Source of the DNA: Candidatus Nomurabacteria bacterium RIFCSPLOWO2_01_FULL_39_18
GTDB taxonomy: Bacteria; Patescibacteriota; Minisyncoccia; Phycocordibacterales; UBA9973
Direction of reading: 5' to 3'
DNA: 64,000 nt
Assembly: GCA_001787005.1 (NCBI GenBank)
Contig: MFUV01000010.1
Coordinates: forward strand, 73,955 to 137,954
The position numbers and the translations under genes were made by a program. The notes beneath the pieces were generated by a model. The model was not told the origin of the DNA, searched no databases, and saw only the letters and a program-made list of their open reading frames with translations. Of this stretch, positions 9,234 through 17,730 are shown piece by piece (position 1 is the first letter of the stretch; each line of letters begins with the position of its first letter).

Positions 9234-9989
9234 ATGAAAGGAAAAATACAAGTTGTCATATTGGCGGCCGGTCATGGTAAAAGAATGCAATCAGAACTAC
9301 CGAAGGTTTTAATCCCGCTTCATGGTAAGCCGCTTGTCGCGCATGTGCTTGATGCGGTAAGGGAGTCTGGCATCTGTAACAGGCCTGTAGTCATCGTGGG
9401 TCAACAGCGAGAGCTAGTCATGCAAACACTTGGGAGTGATTATGAATACATAGTTCAAGAAGAACAGCTTGGCACTGGACATGCTGTCCGATCTACAAAG
9501 AAAATTCTGGAAGAAAAAGCAGACCATGTGATGGTACTTTATGGCGATCACCCCTTCATCAGCCCAGAAACCATAAAGAAACTGGCAGAGAAACATTTAC
9601 AATCCGACGCAAAGATAACCATGGCAATAGTGAAGCTCATAGATTTCTTAGAATGGAAATCAATTTTTTACACTAATTTTGGACGGGTAGTTAGAAATAG
9701 TAATGGAGAAATTTCAAAAATAATCGAGTTCAAAGACACAAGCAACGACGACGAGAGAAAGATAAAAGAAGTTAATCCTTCTTATTTTTGCTTCGAATCG
9801 AAGTGGCTTTGGAAAAATCTAGAAAAACTCAAAACCGACAACGTTCAGAAGGAATATTATTTAACTGACCTGGTAAAAATAGCCATGCAAGATAAAGAGA
9901 AAATAGAATCCGTAGATATTGATCCGCAAGAAGCATTGGGGGTAAATTCAAGAGCGGAGCTTGAGATATTGGAGAAGCTTGGTGCATAG
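9234..9989 (+). CDS. GlmU-like N-terminal nucleotidyltransferase domain (UDP-GlcNAc pyrophosphorylase-like), no LbH acetyltransferase domain
   Basis: [36 protein letters not shown] is near-identical in pattern to E. coli GlmU [47 protein letters not shown] and YGDHPFIS are conserved. Only 251 aa. Confidence 0.8.
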   Translation: [251 protein letters not shown]

Positions 9990-10045
9990 TCCGGTAGTAA
10001 ATTTTGCCAAAATTTTACTACGGGATATAATGTACAATCAAACGT

Positions 10046-11269
10046 ATGCAAAACCCATTTCAAAACGCAATGGCACAGCTCGACAAAGTCGCCAAAATCA
10101 AAGATTTTGGCGATGAGTTTATCGCGTGCCTCCGACAGCCCGACCGAGATATTAGAATTACAATACCGGTCAAAATGGATGACGGTTCTATGAAAGTTTT
10201 TGAAGGATACCGAGTGGAATATAACAATACTCTGGGTCCCTATAAGGGCGGAATTAGATACCATCCAAACACGGAAATAAACGAGGTGAAAGCATTAGGT
10301 TTCTGGATGATGCTCAAATGCGCCGTAGCTGGAATCCCCATGGGCGGAGGCAAGGGCGGTGTAACTGTCGAGCCAAAAGATTTGTCCAAAAAAGAATCAG
10401 AAAGACTTTCTCGCGGATGGATACAAAAACTTTCTGATGTCTTGGGACCATACAAAGATGTCCCTGCGCCGGATGTAAATACCACGCCCGAGATAATGGA
10501 ATGGATGGCGGACGAATACGGAAAAATAACTGGCGATAAAACCGGAGCAGTAATAACGGGCAAGCCATTGGATAAAGGTGGCTCCGAAGGGCGAAATATA
10601 TCCACAGCACAGGGCGGATTTTATGTCTTTGAGACACTTCGTAGAGAGCTTGGATTGCCAGAGAAATGCAAAGTAGTAATTCAGGGATTTGGAAATGTGG
10701 GAAATAACGCCGCAGATATTTGGAGCAAGGCAGGACATGTAGTAATAGCGGTTTCAGATTCCAAAGGAGGAATTTATAAAGCAGACGGGATTGATATAAA
10801 AAAGCTCGCTGAGCATAAAAAAAATACTGGTTCACTTTCTGGCTTTGAAGGAAGCTCAAATATTACCAATCAAGAATTACTGGAGATAGAGTGTGATTTA
10901 TTAATTCCTGCTGCTTTTGAAAATGTCGTCACCGAAGCCAATGCAGGAAAAATTAAGGCAAAGATCGTCCTAGAGCTCGCCAATGGACCCACAACTCCAG
11001 AAGCGGATGAAATTTTGTTTAAAAAAAACATTCCCGTAATTCCAGATATCTTGGCAAATTCTGGAGGCGTTGTAGTTTCCTATTTTGAATGGGATCAAAA
11101 TTTGAAACAGGAGCACTGGAGTGAAAAAGAAGTCTTCGAAAAATTACGTCCGATGCTTGAAGATGCTTCAAAAAAAATATTAGAAAAGGCAAGAGAGGCA
11201 AACACCTCTCTCCGCATGGGCGCCTTCATCTTGGCACTTGAGAGAATAAAAGAAAAAATGCGCGGTTAG
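10046..11269 (+). CDS. gdhA: Glutamate dehydrogenase
   Basis: Catalytic lysine motif GIPMGGGKGGVTVEP. Rossmann motif GFGNVGNNAA. Size is 407 aa. Confidence 0.9.
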   Translation: MQNPFQNAMAQLDKVAKIKDFGDEFIACLRQPDRDIRITIPVKMDDGSMKVFEGYRVEYNNTLGPYKGGIRYHPNTEINEVKALGFWMMLKCAVAGIPMGGGKGGVTVEPKDLSKKESERLSRGWIQKLSDVLGPYKDVPAPDVNTTPEIMEWMADEYGKITGDKTGAVITGKPLDKGGSEGRNISTAQGGFYVFETLRRELGLPEKCKVVIQGFGNVGNNAADIWSKAGHVVIAVSDSKGGIYKADGIDIKKLAEHKKNTGSLSGFEGSSNITNQELLEIECDLLIPAAFENVVTEANAGKIKAKIVLELANGPTTPEADEILFKKNIPVIPDILANSGGVVVSYFEWDQNLKQEHWSEKEVFEKLRPMLEDASKKILEKAREANTSLRMGAFILALERIKEKMRG

Positions 11270-11331
11270 CTCAGTGGTAGAGCGACCCCTTGACGTGGGG
11301 TAGGCCGGGGGTTCAATCCCCTCACCGCGCA
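11260..11331 (+). tRNA. tRNA-Val (anticodon GAC)
   Basis: Cloverleaf: acceptor gcgcggt/accgcgc; D-arm gctc-agtggta-gagc; anticodon stem acccc/ggggt with loop ttGACgt; T-arm ggggg-ttcaatc-ccctc. Its first 10 nt overlap the gdhA stop region. Confidence 0.85.
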
Positions 11332-11332
11332 C

Positions 11333-12631
11333 ATGAGAATCTTGAGCATCGAGACATCTTGCGATGATACGGCAATAAGCATTATGGAGGCAAAGGGGGG
11401 TGTTACGAACGCCTCCTTCGGCGTATTGGCAAACACTTCAAATTCACAAATAAAAGTCCATATCCCGTACGGTGGAGTTTATCCAGTGCTGGCAAAACGG
11501 GAACATACTAAAAATCTGCCAATCCTTCTAGAACAAGCATTAAAGGAAGCAAAACTAGAGAAAGAAAATAGTCCTGTGGATGTTATTGCTGTCACTTACG
11601 GTCCGGGGCTGGAGATGTGTTTGTGGGAGGGAATAATTTTCGCACAAAAATTAGCGAAAAAGTGGGAAGTGCCGTTAATCCCCGTAAACCATATGGAGGG
11701 GCATGTGTTGTCAGTATTCGGGAAAGATAAAGGGAAGTTTAAAATCCCTAAAATAAAATTTCCCATGCTTTCCTTGCTCGTTTCCGGCAGACATACGCAG
11801 TTAGTACTGTCTAAAAAACCCGCCCGACCGGACGCTAGCCCGACAAGGTCATTCTGGCGGGGTCGTTCGGGCGGGTGGTTGCAATACGAAATTATCGGTA
11901 CAACCTTAGATGACGCAGTTGGTGAAGCTTTCGACAAAGTTGCCAGAATGCTCGATCTTCCCTACCCGGGCGGACCGGAGATTTCTAAACTGGCAGAAGA
12001 AGCCAGAATCTTGCGCAAGGGAAGCATTGCGCAAGCTGGCGACAGGAAAAGAGGGGCTTTGCTCTTACAGAGACTTGGGAGCGCGTCGTCTGCTTTCCAG
12101 CAGACCCCCGCACGAGGAATTTTTCAGCAGAAAAATATCCGTGCTCTGGAAGAGCAAAGCCCCTCTTTAAAGCTTCCTCGCCCAATGCTTCACAGTAAAA
12201 ATTTTGATTTCTCTTTCGCAGGATTGAAAACCGCTGTGCTTTACCTCATACATGATCTGAAAAAAGAACATTCCAACATTTTGCAAAATAACCAAATGAA
12301 AATGCAGATTGCTTTAGAGTTTGAGAATGCGGCGATAGAGTGCCTTACACACAAAACAAAAAAGGCTATAGAAAAATATAAAATCAAAACACTCATCGTG
12401 GCTGGCGGGGTGGCCGCGAATAAACATTTAAGAAATGAGATGCAAAAAATCACCACCCCAGACCCCTCCTCAAAAAGGAGGGGAGGAATTAAACTCCTCT
12501 TCCCCACCAGAGAACTCTCGGGGGACAATTCTCTGATGATCGGCATCGCCGGATACCTAAATTATCTAAAAAATAAGAAGAAAGTTCCCAAACTAGAGAG
12601 CATCAAAGCGACTGGTAATTTAAGGCTCTAA
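11333..12631 (+). CDS. tsaD: tRNA N6-threonylcarbamoyladenosine synthase TsaD (Kae1/Gcp family) with two GC-rich insertions
   Basis: MRILSIETSCDDTAISI, HMEGHVL, GRHTQLVL...YEIIGTTLDDAVGEAFDKVARML, FSFAGLKTAV. Insertions lie at about 11816..11881 and 12010..12170 relative to the TsaD consensus. Confidence 0.85.
   Translation: MRILSIETSCDDTAISIMEAKGGVTNASFGVLANTSNSQIKVHIPYGGVYPVLAKREHTKNLPILLEQALKEAKLEKENSPVDVIAVTYGPGLEMCLWEGIIFAQKLAKKWEVPLIPVNHMEGHVLSVFGKDKGKFKIPKIKFPMLSLLVSGRHTQLVLSKKPARPDASPTRSFWRGRSGGWLQYEIIGTTLDDAVGEAFDKVARMLDLPYPGGPEISKLAEEARILRKGSIAQAGDRKRGALLLQRLGSASSAFQQTPARGIFQQKNIRALEEQSPSLKLPRPMLHSKNFDFSFAGLKTAVLYLIHDLKKEHSNILQNNQMKMQIALEFENAAIECLTHKTKKAIEKYKIKTLIVAGGVAANKHLRNEMQKITTPDPSSKRRGGIKLLFPTRELSGDNSLMIGIAGYLNYLKNKKKVPKLESIKATGNLRL
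11816..11881. repeat. GC-rich hairpin element in-frame in tsaD (cccgcccgac ... gtcgttcgggcggg)
   Basis: An imperfect inverted repeat encodes SKKPARPDASPTRSFWRGRSGGW between the conserved HTQLVL and YEIIGTT segments. It shares a cccgac-aaggtc core with the valS 3' hairpins. Confidence 0.7.
12010..12170. repeat. Composite palindromic element in-frame in tsaD: 25-bp arms aaagaggggctttgctcttacagag / ctctggaagagcaaagcccctcttt (1 mismatch) plus cttgcgcaag palindromes
   Basis: The arms at 12048..12072 and 12144..12168 are reverse complements. The interior has nested hairpins (ctgct-ttcc-agcag). Encodes about 55 extra residues before the FSFAGLKT motif. Confidence 0.7.
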
Positions 12632-12642
12632 TATGATATTAT

Positions 12643-14829
12643 TTGTCTATGGATAGTAGATTACTCAAACCCTATAACCCGAAAGAAACAGAAGAAAGAA
12701 TCTACAAGCTATGGGAAGATAGCGGTTTTTTTAACCCAGACAAGAATACTAATCCAGACGCCGAGCCTTTCACCCTAATAATGCCTCCCGTCAATGCAAA
12801 TGGTTCTCTACACGCGGGACATGGCCTGATACTGACCATCGAAGATGTAATGGTGCGCTACAAAAGGATGCGCGGATTCAAAACGCTCTGGCTTCCAGGA
12901 CTAGACCATGCCGGCTTTGAAACACAAGTCGTTTATGAAAAGAAGTTAGAAAAAGAAGGACGAAGCAGATTCGAGATAGAACCAAAACAACTTTATAAGG
13001 AAATTCTGGACTTTACTCTAGCCAACTCGACTAATATAAAATCTCAGATAAGAAAAATGGGAGCTTCGTGCGATTGGGGACGAGAAAAATTTACACTAGA
13101 CCCAGATGTGGTGAAAACTGTCCATCAAACATTCGAGAGAATGTATGACGATGATTTGATTTATCGAGGAAAACGAATCATCAGCTGGTGTTCCAAGCAT
13201 CAAACATCATTTTCCGATTTAGAAATAAAAGACGAAGAACGCACAGACGATTTTTATTATCTCAAATATGGACCTTTCACTATCGGCACAGCTAGGCCAG
13301 AAACTAAATTTGGTGATAAATATGTAGTTATGCACCCGGATGACGAACGTTATAAAGAATACAAAGAAGGCCAAAAAATAAATTTAGAATGGATAAATGG
13401 TCCCATAGAAGCCACTGTTGTAAAAGATGACTCCATAGATAAGGAATTCGGAACCGGAGTCATGACGATAACTCCCTGGCACGACACTCTAGACTTTGAG
13501 ATCGCAGAGCGACACAAGCTAGACAAAGAACAAGTCATCGACGAAAACGGAAAATTGCTACCCATCGCGGGAGAATTTGCCGGACAACATATCAAAAAAG
13601 CACGACCACTCATAATCGAAAAATTGCAAAAGAAGGGTTTGGTGGAAAAAATAGATACAAGCTACAAGCATGTCGTTCGTACTTGCTATAAATGCGGGAC
13701 AATTATTGAACCTCAAATCAAAAGTCAGTGGTTTGTGAAAATGAAACCTTTGGCCGAGAAAGCCTTGGAGAAAATTGAGAATGGAGAAATAGTTTATATT
13801 CCCGAACATTATAAAAAAATTACGGTTCATTGGTTAGGGAACATAATGGACTGGAATATCTCCCGGCAGATAGTCTGGGGGATCCCCATTCCCGCAAAGA
13901 TATGTAAAGAATGCAGTCACGGAATGGTAGATATAGGGGAGAAAATTACAAAGTGTAAAAAGTGTGATGGCGAAGTTGAAAAAGACAATGACACCTTTGA
14001 TACTTGGTTCTCGTCTGGACAGTGGCCGTTTGTAACACTTGGTTATCCAGATTCTCCTGATTTTAAAAAATTTTATCCCACGGACGTTATGGAAACTGGG
14101 GGCGACATTATATTCTTTTGGATTTCTCGTATGATTATGCTGGGCCTCTATGTGACCGGAAAAATTCCCTTCAAGACGGTATATTTAAATGGCATGGTTC
14201 TCGACGCTAAAAGCCAAAAAATGAGTAAAAGTAAAGGAAATGTTATCGATCCGCTTGTCCTGACAGAAAAATACGGCACCGATGCCTTCAGAATGGGAAT
14301 GGTTGTGGGCAACACGCCAGGGACCTCGCTCGCACTTGCCGAGGAGCGGATTAGAGGATATAAAAATTTCGCAAATAAAATCTGGAATGCTGCACGCTTC
14401 GTGCTCGACAATACGAAAGATTTTAAAATACCGACAACGCCGCCCTATGACGAAGAAGATAAGAAATCAGACGAAGAACTGAAAAATTTAATAACCGAAA
14501 TCACGACAGAAATAGATGAATACAAGTTCTACATTGTCGCAGAAAAACTTTACCACTACTTTTGGCACACTTTTGCTGATATTATTATTGAGAGGTCAAA
14601 AAAGAAAATTGCCGAGAACAAAAATGCAGATGGAGCAAAGGCGCTTTTGTATACACACCTCGAAACATTGCTTGGGGCTTTGCACCCCTTCATGCCATTT
14701 ATTACTGAAGAAATTTGGCAAATTATAAAATCCCGACGCAAGGTCGGGACCCCGACTGAAACGTCGGGGTTACTTATGGTAGAACAATGGCCCTTTGACT
14801 CTGCTCAGGGCAAGCCAAAATCGATATGA
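12643..14829 (+). CDS. valS: Valyl-tRNA synthetase (short form, lacks C-terminal coiled-coil)
   Basis: HIGH region PPVNANGSLHAGHGL. KMSKS motif KMSKSKGN. Anticodon-binding region LHPFMPFITEEIWQ. Size is 728 aa. The last 25 aa are encoded by tandem GC hairpins. Confidence 0.9.
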   Translation: MSMDSRLLKPYNPKETEERIYKLWEDSGFFNPDKNTNPDAEPFTLIMPPVNANGSLHAGHGLILTIEDVMVRYKRMRGFKTLWLPGLDHAGFETQVVYEKKLEKEGRSRFEIEPKQLYKEILDFTLANSTNIKSQIRKMGASCDWGREKFTLDPDVVKTVHQTFERMYDDDLIYRGKRIISWCSKHQTSFSDLEIKDEERTDDFYYLKYGPFTIGTARPETKFGDKYVVMHPDDERYKEYKEGQKINLEWINGPIEATVVKDDSIDKEFGTGVMTITPWHDTLDFEIAERHKLDKEQVIDENGKLLPIAGEFAGQHIKKARPLIIEKLQKKGLVEKIDTSYKHVVRTCYKCGTIIEPQIKSQWFVKMKPLAEKALEKIENGEIVYIPEHYKKITVHWLGNIMDWNISRQIVWGIPIPAKICKECSHGMVDIGEKITKCKKCDGEVEKDNDTFDTWFSSGQWPFVTLGYPDSPDFKKFYPTDVMETGGDIIFFWISRMIMLGLYVTGKIPFKTVYLNGMVLDAKSQKMSKSKGNVIDPLVLTEKYGTDAFRMGMVVGNTPGTSLALAEERIRGYKNFANKIWNAARFVLDNTKDFKIPTTPPYDEEDKKSDEELKNLITEITTEIDEYKFYIVAEKLYHYFWHTFADIIIERSKKKIAENKNADGAKALLYTHLETLLGALHPFMPFITEEIWQIIKSRRKVGTPTETSGLLMVEQWPFDSAQGKPKSI
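14735..14790. repeat. Tandem GC-rich hairpins (cccgac-gcaag-gtcggg; accccgac-tgaaac-gtcggggt) forming the valS 3' coding end
   Basis: Perfect short inverted repeats. They encode the SRRKVGTPTETSGLL tail in place of the usual ValS coiled-coil. Confidence 0.6.
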
Positions 14830-15515
14830 TGACCAGTGATCCAAAAATTTTGTTTCTAGCATTTGTTGGCGGAATCATCCCTGCCCTATTGTGGCTGTGG
14901 TTTTGGCTGAAAGAAGACAAGCAGAAGCCCGAACCGAAGGGGCTACTTTCTGTGATTTTCATAATGGGCGTGATAGCTGTTATTTTCGTTCTGCCAATTC
15001 AAAAGTTTATCCAGGCTCATGTGGTCTCGCATGGATGGGAGCTAGTTTTATGGGCGACAGCAGAAGAAATAATGAAATATCTGGCTGTGATGATTGTACT
15101 TTATAAAACAAATTTTGCTGATGAGCCCGTAGACTGGCCAATATATATGATTACGGGGGCTTTGGGTTTCGCGGCGCTCGAGAATGCTCTATTTTTGATT
15201 AAACCGCTCTCTTTAGGCGCAACTGCGGTGGGTCTCTTAACGGGTCAATTAAGATTCCTCGGATCGACTCTTCTTCATACAGTTTCAAGCGCCATAGTGG
15301 GTATTGCGGTGGGAATCTCGCTCCACATGGGTGGATTTGCTAGAAAATGGCACTTTTTGGTAGGGCTTTTTCTGGCCAGCGCCTTGCATAGTATCTTTAA
15401 TTTCTTTATAATAAAGAACAATGGCAGTGACTTTCTAAAAGTGTTTGCTTTCTTGTGGGTCGTCACCATTATTGTCATGTTACTTTTCGAAAAAATAAGA
15501 AGAATGAATTACTAG
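14826..15515 (+). CDS. PrsW-like intramembrane protease family membrane protein
   Basis: Multi-TM 229-aa protein with EExxK (ATAEEIMKYLAV) and conserved His segments, as in PrsW (PF13367). Tentative. Confidence 0.45.
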   Translation: MMTSDPKILFLAFVGGIIPALLWLWFWLKEDKQKPEPKGLLSVIFIMGVIAVIFVLPIQKFIQAHVVSHGWELVLWATAEEIMKYLAVMIVLYKTNFADEPVDWPIYMITGALGFAALENALFLIKPLSLGATAVGLLTGQLRFLGSTLLHTVSSAIVGIAVGISLHMGGFARKWHFLVGLFLASALHSIFNFFIIKNNGSDFLKVFAFLWVVTIIVMLLFEKIRRMNY

Positions 15516-15532
15516 ATTAATTAACAAAAAAT

Positions 15533-16012
15533 ATGGAACCAAAAAAGAGGGGTTTTTTTGAAAGATTGGCTGGAAGCGTTAGAATGGAAGAAGAACCGGA
15601 AGAGGGAAAGAAAAAATTTACGGGAATGGGTAATGGAGAAAAAGGCAGTAGAAAAAATAATTGGATTGAGGAAGAAAGCGAAGATGCAGAACTGGCCGTC
15701 GATGTTTACCAGACCGAAGGAGACATCATTATACAAACAATGGTTGCTGGGGTGAAGCCGGAAGATTTAGAGCTATCGATTGCCAGAGACATCGTAACTA
15801 TTTCGGGCAAGCGCGAAGAATCTAGAAACGTAGATGAAGAAAATTATTTTGTCAAAGAGCTTTATTGGGGCAAATTTTCTCGCACCATCTCGCTTCCCCA
15901 AGAAATTGAACCGGAAGAAGTTGACGCAACAGAGCGCCACGGACTTGTTACCATCAAACTTCAGAAAGTGGATAAAGAAAAGAAAAACACCATAAAAGTC
16001 AGATCAATCTAG
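15533..16012 (+). CDS. Small heat-shock protein (Hsp20/alpha-crystallin)
   Basis: Alpha-crystallin domain LAVDVYQTEGDIIIQTMVAGVKPEDLELSI...GKFSRTISLP...VDATERHGLVTIKL. Confidence 0.8.
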   Translation: MEPKKRGFFERLAGSVRMEEEPEEGKKKFTGMGNGEKGSRKNNWIEEESEDAELAVDVYQTEGDIIIQTMVAGVKPEDLELSIARDIVTISGKREESRNVDEENYFVKELYWGKFSRTISLPQEIEPEEVDATERHGLVTIKLQKVDKEKKNTIKVRSI

Positions 16013-17259
16013 GAGATCAAATCTGCTTTTTCTTTTATTTCAACTTTTCTCACAAAATAAAAGCCGATGGCCACAAATACTGCCATGGTTATCATGGCAA
16101 TACGGTATCGTACTACTCCAAAATTAATAAAAATATAAGTTATCATCCCCCAAAATAGTGGTCCTATCAGAGTTGATGTTCGCTCTGCTAATGTGTAAAA
16201 ACTAAAACCGAAATTTAGCTTCTCTTTCGGAGTAAGCGCTGTCATAGCAGTTCGACTCACAGTCCATATAGCTCCAAAAAGAAAACCGACCAAAATACAC
16301 AAAACAGTGAATAACTTGAAGTTTGTGTTTAAACCAAGTACGGGTATGAATACGACCCAAACACCAATCACAATCAAGAGAGATTTCTTGAGCCCAATTT
16401 TATCTATAATAAAACCGGAAGAAACAGCTCCGATGATGGAAGTAAGCAAAGCTCCGCCCAGAAGAATTGTTTTTAATTTGTCAGAGACGCCAAAGACATT
16501 CTGGAGGTAAATGGGAAAATTATTAGAAACGGTAAGAATAGCGTCATTGAAAAAGAAATAGGCTAAAAGAAACATTTTCATGTTTCTATCAGAAACTAGG
16601 CTTTTGAATTGCTGCCATAGGCTTCTGTATTCTTCTTTAAAATTAATTTTGTAATCTGGATTTTGTTGCATTTGTAATTTGAAAAACAAAAGCATCGGCA
16701 ACGCAAGAATAAAAAATAAAATAGTTGCGGGCAAGAAAGTCTGTGCGCGACCAGTTTCGCCTATGAGATAAATAGCCCCGCCAGCAAGGGGTAAGGTAAT
16801 TAATAGCCCAGCGATTTGCCCCAGGTAGTTGGCTCCGATACCGATACCGGACACTCTCCCCCATTTTTCTCTAGGGGCAATATGATGCAAGAATGCATTA
16901 TAAAAAACAAAGGAAAATTGGTAAAAATAATTCGCAAGAAGAAAGAATAATGCCGCTAAAAATATTTGATGAGAAAAAAACAAGGCTACCAGAGAAACAC
17001 CAAGAAAGAAGAGGAGTGAAAGCATAGTGATCTTATTGAAATAACTTTGTTGTCTTCCTGTCTTGTCGGCAATGCTTCCTAAAATAGGAGCTGTAAAAAG
17101 AAGCATGGCTGATCCAATTGTAAAAATCATGTTAAACCAAAAATCTGCTATCCCCTTGTCAATTACCAGCCATTGAGAAAAATATAAAAAGAAAACAATG
17201 AAGACCATCGAGTTCGCAAAATCATAGAGAGTCCAGAAAAAAATATTTTTCTTGTTCAT
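16009..17259 (-). CDS. MFS transporter
   Basis: About 12 predicted TM helices and a GxLaDrxGrkx-like loop (GSIADKTGRQQ). The ORF-track start at 17283 overlaps tRNA-Phe, so the start was moved to the Met at 17259 (MNKKNIFF). Confidence 0.7.
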   Translation of the reverse strand: MNKKNIFFWTLYDFANSMVFIVFFLYFSQWLVIDKGIADFWFNMIFTIGSAMLLFTAPILGSIADKTGRQQSYFNKITMLSLLFFLGVSLVALFFSHQIFLAALFFLLANYFYQFSFVFYNAFLHHIAPREKWGRVSGIGIGANYLGQIAGLLITLPLAGGAIYLIGETGRAQTFLPATILFFILALPMLLFFKLQMQQNPDYKINFKEEYRSLWQQFKSLVSDRNMKMFLLAYFFFNDAILTVSNNFPIYLQNVFGVSDKLKTILLGGALLTSIIGAVSSGFIIDKIGLKKSLLIVIGVWVVFIPVLGLNTNFKLFTVLCILVGFLFGAIWTVSRTAMTALTPKEKLNFGFSFYTLAERTSTLIGPLFWGMITYIFINFGVVRYRIAMITMAVFVAIGFYFVRKVEIKEKADLIS

Positions 17260-17262
17260 TTG

Positions 17263-17334
17263 TGCCTGGGGGGTGAATCGCACACCCGGCCACTTCCTCT
17301 TCAGGGAAATGCTCTACTACTGAGCTACCCAGGC
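17263..17334 (-). tRNA. tRNA-Phe (anticodon GAA)
   Basis: Minus-strand cloverleaf: gcctggg-ta-gctc-agtagta-gagc-a-tttcc-ctGAAga-ggaag-tggcc-gggtg-tgcgatt-caccc-cccaggc-a. Confidence 0.85.
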
Positions 17335-17354
17335 ATAATTGTTTTCAATAAAAA

Positions 17355-17600
17355 TTACTGACCGAACTGTTTTATATTATTTAACACATCACCTGCTCCG
17401 CTATATACGCCTATTAATTGCTCTATATACGGCTGGATAAAATAATAAGCGCCAAGAGCAGAGCCTATAATAAGGACCCAATACAATATGGTCATCATCC
17501 TCTGAAAGCGCATTGAGCGCCTCATGGAGTGCAGTATACTATTATTCTCCTTTGCCAGCGCTAGAGTCTCCTCTAAAAGCTTTTTGGATTCGGGATCCAT
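17355..17600 (-). CDS. Small membrane protein, unknown
   Basis: 81-aa ORF with one hydrophobic helix. No recognisable motif. Confidence 0.35.
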   Translation of the reverse strand: MDPESKKLLEETLALAKENNSILHSMRRSMRFQRMMTILYWVLIIGSALGAYYFIQPYIEQLIGVYSGAGDVLNNIKQFGQ

Positions 17601-17730
17601 CCCGTACGAAATTTCATTAAATTAATAAAATGACCAATCCCATATACGAAACTTTATTAGCAAGATTTCGTACGGGATCCATAGCTACAATTTAGCATAA
17701 TAATTAAAGAAATAAAAGGTTACAGGAAAC

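Noticed and set aside
10240-10859. Three minus-strand ORFs of 113-181 aa
   Set aside because: They are antisense to the well-supported gdhA and are typical shadow ORFs in a relatively GC-richer gene.
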